A stretch of DNA of 64,000 nt, from contig JBJOMY010000001.1 of the NCBI GenBank assembly GCA_046052125.1, positions 320,001-384,000 on the forward strand. Direction: 5' to 3'. A model generated the notes under the pieces. It did not search any database. It was not told where the DNA came from and was given only the letters and a program-made list of their open reading frames with translations. Positions 40,133 through 50,870 of the stretch are shown here, piece after piece. Position numbers and translations under genes: made by a program. The DNA is from Cyanobacteriota bacterium (GTDB lineage Bacteria; Cyanobacteriota; Cyanobacteriia; PCC-6307; Cyanobiaceae). Position 1 is the stretch's first letter; each line of letters begins with the position of its first letter.

Positions 40133-40815
40133 GCGGCTGCGCTAAAACGTGCGTTCACTTCGTTCCAGTTCACCAGATCCCACCAGGCGCTGATGTAGTC
40201 GGGCCGGCGGTTTTGATAGTTGAGGTAGTAGGCGTGCTCCCAAACGTCGAGGCCAAGCAGGGGTGTGCCGCGCTCGATCTCCGGCAGATCCATCAGGGGG
40301 TTGTCCTGGTTGGCGGTGCTGGTGATCGCCAGGCTTCCGTCGGTGGTTCGGATCAACCAGGCCCACCCCGAGCCGAAGCGGGCTGCTGCCGCCTGGCTGA
40401 ACTGGGTTTGCATCGCCTCAAGCGAGCCAAAGCTGCCGTTGATTGCTTGCAACAGATCCGGCGAGGGCTCACCGCCCTGGCCTGGTGGCGCCATCACCGC
40501 CCAGAACTGGCTGTGATTCCAGTGGCCGCCGCCGTTGTTGCGCACCGCCACCGGAAAGCGCGAGATCTGCCCCTGCAACGCATCAAGACTGAGCTTCGCC
40601 AACGACGGGTTGGCCTTGATCTGCCCATTGAGGTTGGCCACGTAGGCAGCGTGATGCCTGTCGTGGTGGATGGTCATGGTGGTGGCGTCAATCGCCGGCT
40701 CCAAAGCATCGGGCGCGTAGGGCAGCGGCGGCAGCACAAATTCAGCCCACACGGGCAGCGCACCAGCCAGAAGCAGCACCACCGCCGCAGCCGCGCTGCA
40801 CAGCACTCTCAACAT
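40129..40815 (-). CDS. sodA: Superoxide dismutase, Mn-type signature, with signal peptide
   Basis: [37 protein letters not shown]-terminal hydrophobic leader. Confidence 0.9.
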   Translation of the reverse strand: MLRVLCSAAAAVVLLLAGALPVWAEFVLPPLPYAPDALEPAIDATTMTIHHDRHHAAYVANLNGQIKANPSLAKLSLDALQGQISRFPVAVRNNGGGHWNHSQFWAVMAPPGQGGEPSPDLLQAINGSFGSLEAMQTQFSQAAAARFGSGWAWLIRTTDGSLAITSTANQDNPLMDLPEIERGTPLLGLDVWEHAYYLNYQNRRPDYISAWWDLVNWNEVNARFSAAA

Positions 40816-40922
40816 CCATTCATTCGCTGTTGATCCCAGCCTGACGGATTCACCGGCGGGGTGGGCGAGACCACGCAGCCGCCGCCTGACTCCGACAGAG
40901 TGATCGAGCAGCAGTCAGGGCC

Positions 40923-41159
40923 ATGCTCCTTCTCAATCCGTTGTGTCCGATCAGCGCCGCGAAGATCGCCGGTCTGAAGGCCACGGTGATGCTTCTGCTG
41001 GTGCTGTTGATCAAGTCGAAACTGCTGCGCGTGAAGATGTCGCTGCTCGGCTCGTTGCTAGGGCTACTGATGCTCACCGGCTTTCTGATCAGCACGGGAC
41101 TCCTGAGCGTGGTGGCCGGCGGTGCCGTGCTCTACGCCGTGAACCAAAAACGCCCATGA
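40923..41159 (+). CDS. Small membrane protein
   Basis: Hydrophobic 78-aa ORF; ATGA overlap with the next gene. Confidence 0.6.
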   Translation: MLLLNPLCPISAAKIAGLKATVMLLLVLLIKSKLLRVKMSLLGSLLGLLMLTGFLISTGLLSVVAGGAVLYAVNQKRP

Positions 41160-41461
41160 CCGCGCCCACTCCCACCCGCGAGCAGGTGCTCGCAGCATCC
41201 GCCGGCTGGGTGGCGGCACTGCTCAATGTTGTGCCTGGCCTTGGGGCGGGCTACCTCTACCAACGCCGCTGGAAGGCCTACTGGATCACCTCATTCCTGG
41301 CGACCACCTGGTTTGTGGCCGGAGCGGTTCTCGGACAGAACGCTGATCCCAGCACCGAAAGCCAAAACCAACTGGTGGGCCTGATCGGTCTGCTGCTCCT
41401 TGCCGCGGTGAGCTCGACAGAAGCAGCACTGGCGGTGAAGCGGGTGCGCAAGGCGCTCTGA
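41156..41461 (+). CDS. Small membrane protein (TM2-like motif)
   Basis: LNVVPGLGAGYLYQRRWKAYW. Confidence 0.7.
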   Translation: MTAPTPTREQVLAASAGWVAALLNVVPGLGAGYLYQRRWKAYWITSFLATTWFVAGAVLGQNADPSTESQNQLVGLIGLLLLAAVSSTEAALAVKRVRKAL

Positions 41462-41523
41462 GCTTGAACCCTCCCAGGGGCTGAAGCTGACCAAAGTGGA
41501 AGGCCGCGCATAGAGCGTCACCC

Positions 41524-41697
41524 ATGGCCTTGATTCCCCGCTGGCAGTACATGACCGACGAGGCCAAAGCCCTCACCAAACGGGTGGCGGTATCGGCTTT
41601 GGTAGTGCTGGGCGCGATCGTTCTGCTGCGCAGCTTGCTGCCCTGGGTGGTTGTGGCCGTTGTGGCCTGGTGGATCTGGAGAGCACTGCGGCGTTAG
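41524..41697 (+). CDS. Small membrane protein (57 aa; not in the ORF track)
   Basis: Hand translation MALIPRWQYMTDEAKALTKRVAVSALVVLGAIVLLRSLLPWVVVAVVAWWIWRALRR. Confidence 0.7.
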   Translation: MALIPRWQYMTDEAKALTKRVAVSALVVLGAIVLLRSLLPWVVVAVVAWWIWRALRR

Positions 41698-41734
41698 GCA
41701 CCAAACGCGGCCAGCGGCGCTAGAGCGGGGCTTG

Positions 41735-43183
41735 ATGCTGACTGCTGTGCTTCCCCCGATCGCTGGCCGGGAGGCCGAGTTGCTCTCCTTGATGCAGCAG
41801 AGGCCCCCCTCCCATCAAGGGCATCACCGAAGAGATCTCGAGCAGATCCAATCCTGTTTTGCCTGTGCGCTGCACATGCATCAGCCCACGATTCCAGCGG
41901 GAGCTGGCGGTGAGCTGATCTCTCATCTCCAATTCATGCTGGAGCATCCAGGCGAGGGGGATCACCACAACGCCGAACCGTTCGCGCACTGCTACCGGCG
42001 CATGGCGGACCTGATTCCGCAGCTGATCGCCGAGGGCTGCGATCCGCGGATCATGCTCGATTACTCCGGCACGCTGCTCTGGGGTTTTGAGCAGATGGGC
42101 CGCAGCGACATCCTCGATGCCCTGCGCTTTTTGGCCTGCGATCCAACGATGCACCCCCACGTGGAGTGGCTCGGCAGCTTCTGGGGGCATGCCGTGGCGC
42201 CATCCACGCCGATTCCCGATCTGAAGTTGCAGATTCAGGCCTGGCAACACCACTTCTCGGCCCTGTTCGGAGGGGATGCCCTGCAGCGCGTCCGGGGCTT
42301 CTCGCCGCCGGAGATGCATCTGCCCAACCATCCCGACACCCTGTTCGCCTTCGTGAAGGCGCTCAAAGAATGCGGGTATCGCTGGCTCCTGGTGCAAGAG
42401 CACAGCGTGGAAAACCTCGATGGTTCGGGGCTGAGCGACGAACAGCGCTACGTGCCCAATCGCCTTGTGGCCCGCAACTCCACAGGCGAAACGGTGAGCA
42501 TCACGGCCTTGATCAAAACCCAGGGGTCCGATACCAAACTCGTGGGCCAGATGCAGCCCTGCTACGAGGCGCTCGGCTTGGGCCGGCAACGGTTGGGTGA
42601 GCGCAGCATCCCAGCGCTGGTGAGCCAGATCGCCGATGGCGAAAACGGCGGCGTAATGATGAATGAATTCCCATCGGCCTACATCCAGGCCTTTCAGAAG
42701 CTGCGGGAGCACACCGGCACCGTGGCCATGAATGGCACGGAATACCTTGAGCGGCTGGAGGCCGCTGGCGTGCGGGAGGGGGATGTCCCCGCCATCCAAG
42801 CGGTGCAGCAGCATCGCCTCTGGCAACAGCTGGGCAGCGGCAGCGGGCCTGCCGCGCTCGACGCCGCCATCGCCAGCTTGAAGGCGAGCGATCCCGGCTT
42901 CTCGATGGCAGGAGCCTCATGGACCAACAACCTGAGCTGGGTGGAGGGCTACGACAACGTGCTGGAGCCGATGCAACAGCTCAGCGCTCACTTCCATCAG
43001 CGGTTTGATCCCCTGGTGTCCCAAGACCCATCGATCACCCAGACAGCGGCCTATCAAGAAGCGTTGCTGCACCTTCTCCTGCTCGAGACGAGCTGTTTCC
43101 GCTACTGGGGTCAGGGCACCTGGACCGAGTACGCCCGCGAGCTGCATCGCCGTGGCGAAATGGCGATCAGCGCTGCTTGCTGA
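41735..43183 (+). CDS. Glycoside hydrolase family 57-like protein
   Basis: LHMHQP, GFSPPEM (nucleophile Glu), ADGENGG (acid/base Asp), ETSC. Confidence 0.85.
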   Translation: MLTAVLPPIAGREAELLSLMQQRPPSHQGHHRRDLEQIQSCFACALHMHQPTIPAGAGGELISHLQFMLEHPGEGDHHNAEPFAHCYRRMADLIPQLIAEGCDPRIMLDYSGTLLWGFEQMGRSDILDALRFLACDPTMHPHVEWLGSFWGHAVAPSTPIPDLKLQIQAWQHHFSALFGGDALQRVRGFSPPEMHLPNHPDTLFAFVKALKECGYRWLLVQEHSVENLDGSGLSDEQRYVPNRLVARNSTGETVSITALIKTQGSDTKLVGQMQPCYEALGLGRQRLGERSIPALVSQIADGENGGVMMNEFPSAYIQAFQKLREHTGTVAMNGTEYLERLEAAGVREGDVPAIQAVQQHRLWQQLGSGSGPAALDAAIASLKASDPGFSMAGASWTNNLSWVEGYDNVLEPMQQLSAHFHQRFDPLVSQDPSITQTAAYQEALLHLLLLETSCFRYWGQGTWTEYARELHRRGEMAISAAC

Positions 43184-43270
43184 TCACAGATCCTCAATCT
43201 CGGCGAAGCAACAAGCTGTTGCAAGCAACTGCAGAGATCAATCGGGCTGAATACGGTCCCTTCGGCCTGA

Positions 43271-45496
<2,226 letters not shown>

Positions 45497-45648
45497 TTCA
45501 GCCGAACTAGAGCCAAGCCTGTCGGCTCAGAGGAGCTGATCAACGCACGATGACGAGTGCGCCACAACCAATCGTGGAAGCATCCTCTACTGCTGGCAGG
45601 CGGGCCTGTAGTGCTCGAGAACACAGACTGAAGGTAGGTGGCCAATGG

Positions 45649-45909
45649 ATGGAAACACCGTTCGGGGTGTGGCTGCCGCAGGTCACGATCGTGCACTGCC
45701 GGCGGCTGGATCAGGCCCAGATAGCCGTTGAGGCTGTGCGGGCCCGCCATTGTGTGGTGCTGCAACTGGAGGGTGCCGAGCCAGCCGAAGCGCAGCGGAT
45801 TGTTGACTTTCTCTCCGGCGCCACCACTGCCCTCGATGGCTCCATGGACCGGATCGATGAAGCCACCTTCCTCTGCGCACCCCTGGGCGTAAGCGTGCAG
45901 CAGGGCTGA
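45649..45909 (+). CDS. SepF-domain protein (short paralog); start uncertain
   Basis: AVEAVR...VVLQL...EAQRIVDFLSGA..ALDG...I....FLCAP..V. Confidence 0.8.
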   Translation: METPFGVWLPQVTIVHCRRLDQAQIAVEAVRARHCVVLQLEGAEPAEAQRIVDFLSGATTALDGSMDRIDEATFLCAPLGVSVQQG

Positions 45910-46246
45910 GCCGACCGGAACCATGGCTGGCGGTGATCGCGATTGCTTGGGCAGCTGGCTGGACTGATCAGCAGCCCTGAAGAGCGAATCCATCCGCAGG
46001 CCAGCAAGGCTTTCCCACACTTTTTCCCCAGGCCGGGGAGCCCAGAAGCCCCTAGGGCGCAGAACAATGACCCGGCCTTCAGGAAAACGCTCTTCCCCTT
46101 GACAGAGCTGGCGAAGGGAAGAGACCGATTCAGACCCGCTCATCAGTTCCCTGCAGAACCGCTCCGGCGCAAAGGGTCTTGCACTGGGATCAACGCGCCA
46201 ACGTCCCGAACAGCACTTTTGACCGCAGGGCCCTACCCGTGCGCTG

Positions 46247-46507
46247 ATGGGTGGGCAAACGCCAGAGGTGAGGTTGGAGCAGGTTCCGGATGCGATGAAG
46301 GCCCACGTCAGTGTGGAAAACCAGTTCCCTGCAGACCTGTTCGACTCGATGGTGGGCTTCATCGAGCAACACCCCCAGTGGGACCAATACCGCCTGATGC
46401 AGTCCGCCCTGGCGGGCTTCCTCTTCCAGCAGGGCTGCCAGGACAGGCCGGTGGTGCGCCACTACCTCGACGGGCTGTTCCACAAACCCGAAGCGGCACC
46501 GCGCTGA
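46247..46507 (+). CDS. DUF2811 family protein
   Basis: M..FIEQHPQWDQYRLMQSALAGFLFQQG...YLDGLF. Confidence 0.85.
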   Translation: MGGQTPEVRLEQVPDAMKAHVSVENQFPADLFDSMVGFIEQHPQWDQYRLMQSALAGFLFQQGCQDRPVVRHYLDGLFHKPEAAPR

Positions 46508-46693
46508 TCACCGCCGCCGAGACGTTCCTTAACAAGCGCGCAATCTTTCGTTACAGTGCATCTACGCCTGTTTCGCTTCTGTGGTCGCCACCATCGCCAT
46601 CGACCTAGCGAGCCTGATGTTCGGCCTGCCGCTGCGTCAGCTGGCCACCGGCGTGTCTCTGCTGAGCGGACTCTTCGCCCTACCGCGCCTGCC

Positions 46694-46999
46694 TCAGGCC
46701 GCGATCGAAGGCTGGCAATAAAGGACGATCAGCCAGATCGAGCCAATGATCGGGATCAGGGCAATGAACAACCACTGCCAGGCCTTGCCTGCGTCCCGCA
46801 AGCGCCGCACCGCCAACGGCACACCCACCACAAGGCTTGCCAGGGTGTAAAGCCCCTGAAGCCGTGAGATCAGCACCGCCACAAGGGCACTCACGATCAA
46901 GTTGGCAAGCACAAACCACCAGAACTCCGCACGGGTGGAGCGGCCTTCGTAATCAAAGGCTCTGGTCCAGGCGGAGGTGTAAGCCTCAATCAGTGGCAT
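46694..46999 (-). CDS. DUF805 family membrane protein
   Basis: FDYEGRSTRAEFWWF, AVRRLRDAGK, IPIIG. Confidence 0.9.
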   Translation of the reverse strand: MPLIEAYTSAWTRAFDYEGRSTRAEFWWFVLANLIVSALVAVLISRLQGLYTLASLVVGVPLAVRRLRDAGKAWQWLFIALIPIIGSIWLIVLYCQPSIAA

Positions 47000-47045
47000 G
47001 CGCGATCAAGCAATGTCCACGTTCTAGTCATGCCTCACCGATGAG

Positions 47046-47357
47046 TCATTGACCACAGACCGCGCTCACCTCTCGCAAACCAGTGATGAGATCGCTCTGG
47101 CTCGATGACTGGAACGCCGCGGCGATCATCACGGCTTCTGCCCCCAGCAGTGCCGTGTAGCAACGCCAGAGCTTGCGGCCTTCGGCCCAGCTCTTGAGCC
47201 GATGTGATTGCTCAAGGGCAGCCCTGCAGAGCGGCGCCGATCCGGATGTTCCGCAGCGCTGCGCTTGAAGCGTGAAGGCCGAAAGGTCCTGGGCTGCTGC
47301 CCCAAGGGGCAGTGGCAAGAGCAGTGCCAGGGCGATCGCAACGCGCATGCTCGACAT
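47046..47357 (-). CDS. Small exported four-Cys protein
   Basis: Signal peptide ending AAA, four Cys. Confidence 0.6.
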   Translation of the reverse strand: MSSMRVAIALALLLPLPLGAAAQDLSAFTLQAQRCGTSGSAPLCRAALEQSHRLKSWAEGRKLWRCYTALLGAEAVMIAAAFQSSSQSDLITGLREVSAVCGQ

Positions 47358-47411
47358 CAAGGGAGGATCATCTCCAGCAGGTGGCGTCATCCCTACAACA
47401 CAGCCGGCTTG

Positions 47412-47448
47412 AACACAACAAAGCCCGGAGCATGAGCCCCGGGCTTTG
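47412..47448 (-). terminator. Strong hairpin, putative minus-strand terminator
   Basis: Minus strand CAAAGCCCGGGGC-TCAT-GCTCCGGGCTTTG followed by TTGTGTT. Confidence 0.7.
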
Positions 47449-47866
47449 CCTGCTCGGCTGATCTGCCCGCGGATCGGGGCCAGCGTTGCAATCGTGATGC
47501 TTGAGAACACCCCAGATCATGGGATCAGGGTTTTCGCTCTTCAGTTGTAGGGCGGAGCTGCCGGCGCTGGCACCTGGGGCCAGGTGTCTAGGGAGACGTC
47601 CCGCTGGGTCCGGGGCACCTCAGGCGGTGCGGTGAACGGCGCGAATGGTTCGCGCACGGGGGACATCTGAGATCCGTTGAGAGTGTTGGAGCAGGGGCCG
47701 GATCGTCAGCGCGCTCCTGTCAGCTGCTCAGGGGGGGTGTCGTCCATCAATGGAGCCTCCGAATCCCGTTGTCATCACGATGCACCCGCCGGTGGTCACT
47801 GGCAATCGCTGCAGCACGATCGACACCGCTCTTCACCCAGCGCAATCGCCCTTCATGAAGCCCCGT

Positions 47867-48787
47867 TCACGAAGGGCTGTGGCGGAGTTGGTAGACGTCA
47901 TCGCGGCGCTGAATGCTGGTGGGGATCGCTCGGCGCGCTGTCGCCACCTGGCTGAGATCGAGAACCGCGTGCAACACCTGCTCGCCCTCGCCGGCTTCAG
48001 CGATCACGGCACCCCAGGGATCCACCACCAACGAGTGGCCGTAGCTGGGATAGCCGTTGCCCTCGGGCCTGGCACTGGAGCAGGCCAACAGGAAGCACTG
48101 GGTGTCCATGGCCCGGGCCCGCATCACCAGATGCCAGTGGCGTGGGCCGGTGGTGGTGTTGAACGCAGCGGGGCAAGCCAACAGGCTGCAGCCGTGGCGT
48201 TGCTGCATCAACAGCGCCAGTTCCGGGAAGCGGATGTCGTAACAGATCAGCAGGCCGAGATTGGGCGGCTCCGCCAGGCCGGTGGCCAGGGGATCCTGTT
48301 CGCCGCTGAGCACGGTGAGGGCGTCGCCGGCGCTGAGGCTGTCGGATTCACGGAAGCAGATGCCCCCTGGCACATCCACATCAAACAGATGCAGCTTGCG
48401 GTGCTTAGCCAGCAGCACGCCATCTGGATTGATCACCGTGGCCGTGTTGTAAGTGCGTCCATCCCTGCCCTGCTCTGGGATCGAACCAGCGATCACCGCC
48501 ACCCCATGGCGACGGGCAAACCGCGCCACCATCGCCAGAGCCTCAGAGGGCCCCTCAGCAAGCTGAACACCCGGCTCAGGGACGGGCTCCGCGAAGGCTG
48601 CAAAGCGATCAGCGGCGTAGGGCGCGCTCCACACCTCCGGCAGCATCAGCAAACGCGGCTTCTCCACCCCTGAGGGCACCCGCATGGCCTGCTCCAGCCA
48701 GTCCTCGGCATGGCAGCGATTCGCCGCCGGATCCTCACCGGCGCAGAGCTGCACCAACGCCACCGGCAAGGTGTTCGCCGTGATCAC
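47867..48787 (-). CDS. Carbon-nitrogen hydrolase, Nit2/omega-amidase-like
   Basis: E-K-C triad: LPEVW, HRKLHLFD, ICYDIRFPE; PAAFNTTTGP. Confidence 0.9.
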   Translation of the reverse strand: MITANTLPVALVQLCAGEDPAANRCHAEDWLEQAMRVPSGVEKPRLLMLPEVWSAPYAADRFAAFAEPVPEPGVQLAEGPSEALAMVARFARRHGVAVIAGSIPEQGRDGRTYNTATVINPDGVLLAKHRKLHLFDVDVPGGICFRESDSLSAGDALTVLSGEQDPLATGLAEPPNLGLLICYDIRFPELALLMQQRHGCSLLACPAAFNTTTGPRHWHLVMRARAMDTQCFLLACSSARPEGNGYPSYGHSLVVDPWGAVIAEAGEGEQVLHAVLDLSQVATARRAIPTSIQRRDDVYQLRHSPS

Positions 48788-49302
48788 AGGCCCTCCAACA
48801 GATTCTTCAGAAAGGTGCTGAGCCGAAACGGCGGCTCCGAGGCGTAGATGATGTCAGCGATTCGCCAACCAGCTGCGCCATCAGGGCTCAGCACATAGCG
48901 CAGCTGCTGGGGAGGTTCCGCTGTGCGTCCTGGCAAGCCGGCCTGCACAGCTACCAGGGCCACCACAGCCTCAGCTTTTGCGGGTTCACAGCCGAGCACA
49001 GCAGCGCTGAAGGTGCTCACCTGCGTGCCACTGAAGAGGTCGAAGTCAACAAAGCGACCATCAGCCGGCGTGAGCGCATCGGCCCGCTCCAACAGCCGAT
49101 AGAGCTGCGGGGTGAACCGCTGCCGCTGCGTGGCGATCGCCACGGATCCGGGTTGTTCCTGCCGCTGCAGCTGCCAGCGATAGAGGGCATCGATCTGCTC
49201 ACGCAGCGAGGGCGGGCAATCCACCAGGGGTGCGGCCTGCAGCGGCGCCACCACGAGCAGAGCCATCAGAGCGGCGCCACAGCCTGCAAGGCCGCGGCCC
49301 AT
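48784..49302 (-). CDS. Exported hypothetical protein (DUF3828-like)
   Basis: Signal peptide; DFDLFSGTQ...WRIADIIY; stop overlaps the nitrilase-family start. Confidence 0.65.
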   Translation of the reverse strand: MGRGLAGCGAALMALLVVAPLQAAPLVDCPPSLREQIDALYRWQLQRQEQPGSVAIATQRQRFTPQLYRLLERADALTPADGRFVDFDLFSGTQVSTFSAAVLGCEPAKAEAVVALVAVQAGLPGRTAEPPQQLRYVLSPDGAAGWRIADIIYASEPPFRLSTFLKNLLEGL

Positions 49303-49327
49303 AGTGAGTTGGAGTGTTCTGCAGCCC

Positions 49328-49474
49328 GTGAAAGAGATCAGCCTGATGGAACTGGCGCTGCGCATCGGCGCCCGCGTTGCTGCCGTATCGGGTGTGATCG
49401 CCCTGGTGGTGTGGCTCACCTGGGTGATGCTCGATTTCAAGAGCATGCAGTCGGGTTTCACCCTGCCGTATTGA
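49328..49474 (+). CDS. Single-TM microprotein (48 aa; not in the ORF track)
   Basis: Hand translation MKEISLMELALRIGARVAAVSGVIALVVWLTWVMLDFKSMQSGFTLPY, followed by a hairpin at 49484-49508. Confidence 0.6.
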   Translation: MKEISLMELALRIGARVAAVSGVIALVVWLTWVMLDFKSMQSGFTLPY

Positions 49475-49596
49475 GTCATGAAGAAGGGGGCGTGGTGTGC
49501 GCCCCCTTGCCCCTGAGACCTCGTTGGATGAGCGGTCTCGTCGGGTCTGAACCTGTCTTAACGGCCTCCGTTGCGGCCGTGCATGCGCAAATGTGC

Positions 49597-50061
49597 TCAG
49601 TTCCCGAAGGGCAGCGATGAGTGGTGCAACACGATCCGGGTTGAACCGTCGGGCTCCTTCATGAACGACCAGGTCTTATCCACCGTGGTGGTTTTGCCGG
49701 AGGCATCAACAAAACGAACGTTGCCCATGGTGGTGGCATAGCCCCCATTGAGCTGAATCACCTGATTGATCACCTCGCAAGAACGCCAAGGCTTGAGAGC
49801 AAAGCCCTTGTCGTTCGGGAAGGTGGGGTTGCCACCAACGAAATAGGCCAGAGCACCGGCACGGATGGGGCGGAAGGTCTCCGATCCAGAGGCCAGGGTG
49901 GGCTTGAACGCCACCGGTCCGTACTGATAGGCGTAGGCCTGATCAATCACCGCTTCAGCTGTGGCCTTGGCCTTGCTGAAACCACCACTGGCGTAGGCGG
50001 CACTGCTCACAATCTGCGCACAAAACCCAACCCCGACCACCCAAAGACAAAGCACCCTCAC
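49597..50061 (-). CDS. COG4337-like NTF2-fold protein (iota carbonic anhydrase-like), N-terminus atypical or truncated
   Basis: FKPTLA, GALAYFVGG, DKGFALKPW, MGN, C-terminal IVLHHSSLPF. Confidence 0.7.
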   Translation of the reverse strand: MRVLCLWVVGVGFCAQIVSSAAYASGGFSKAKATAEAVIDQAYAYQYGPVAFKPTLASGSETFRPIRAGALAYFVGGNPTFPNDKGFALKPWRSCEVINQVIQLNGGYATTMGNVRFVDASGKTTTVDKTWSFMKEPDGSTRIVLHHSSLPFGN

Positions 50062-50068
50062 GAAACAA

Positions 50069-50092
50069 GCGCTAGTACATTTGACCTAGCGC
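50069..50092. promoter_or_regulatory. Candidate LexA-type operator
   Basis: TAGTACA-TT-TGACCTA (12 of 14 positions match TAGTACA-N2-TGTACTA) within the palindrome GCGCTAG...CTAGCGC. Confidence 0.5.
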
Positions 50093-50113
50093 ACGAGGTG
50101 GGTTGGTGGGCCT

Positions 50114-50434
50114 GTGAATGAACCCCGGTTTCTGGCGGTAAGGGTCGGCGATCTCGTGGCCGTGCAGGCCCCGTCCGACTGGTGGGTGGGGCAGGTGATC
50201 CACGCCGAAGGCGGGGCGCGCTGCAACGCCAACTCCCTCTTTCAGATCGCCTGCATCGACAGCGGTGTGATCCGCACCGTGAATGCCGATGCGGTGCTGG
50301 ACATTCTCTGCAGTCAGGCCCAGGAACGATCAGGAACGCTCGAGGCGACGCACAATCACAGCCATCAGGCCAAGCGAACCAGCCAGAGCAATCAGGAGGG
50401 CAATCGTCATGGAGCAGGCCGGCAAGGGCGCTGA
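50114..50434 (+). CDS. DUF3104 family protein
   Basis: P.FL.V..GD.V.V...DWWVGQVIH.EGGAR...LFQIA.ID.G.IR.VNAD.V. Confidence 0.85.
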   Translation: MNEPRFLAVRVGDLVAVQAPSDWWVGQVIHAEGGARCNANSLFQIACIDSGVIRTVNADAVLDILCSQAQERSGTLEATHNHSHQAKRTSQSNQEGNRHGAGRQGR

Positions 50435-50870
50435 TTCTGACGTGCTGCTGTTGGTGTACGGCAGCCTCAAGCGCGGCATGGCCCATCACGGGCAACTGCA
50501 GAACGCCGATTGGCTCGGAGACGCCCGGCTGCAGGGGCTGGCGCTCTACGACCTGGGACCGTTCCCGATGGCCGTGGCGAGCGAAAACAACGACGACGCC
50601 ATCGAGGGGGAGCTGTTCCGCGTTGCAGCTCACCAACTGGCGGCACTCGATCGTTTTGAGGGTGCGCCACGGCTTTACCAACGCCGCCGTTGGCCGCTGA
50701 CGGACGGCCGCTGGGCATGGGTGTATCTGGGCGAGGCGCGGCAGGTGCGTCACGTGGCCCGGATCAGCTCAGGTTGTTGGCAGGGCCCGGATCCAGGCTT
50801 CAGGAGAACGGGACCGCCACCAGCCAACGTCCGGCCCCAGCCAGCACCAGCGCCAGAGCCGAGGCGCTAA
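50409..50870 (+). CDS. Gamma-glutamylcyclotransferase (AIG2-like)
   Basis: VYGSLKRG, YDLGPFP, EGELF, LDRFEG, AWVY. Confidence 0.88.
   Translation: MEQAGKGADSDVLLLVYGSLKRGMAHHGQLQNADWLGDARLQGLALYDLGPFPMAVASENNDDAIEGELFRVAAHQLAALDRFEGAPRLYQRRRWPLTDGRWAWVYLGEARQVRHVARISSGCWQGPDPGFRRTGPPPANVRPQPAPAPEPRR

Noticed and set aside
46557..46721. Hydrophobic plus-strand frame (CIYACFASVVATIAIDLASLMFG...)
   Set aside because: No upstream start after the preceding stop, overlaps the DUF805 gene, family not recognisable; possibly a remnant but unsupported
47391..47552. MITE/REP suggested by the 9-bp inverted repeat CCCTACAAC...GTTGTAGGG
   Set aside because: Single copy in the window, no target-site duplication seen, and orientation opposite to GTAG-type REP ends
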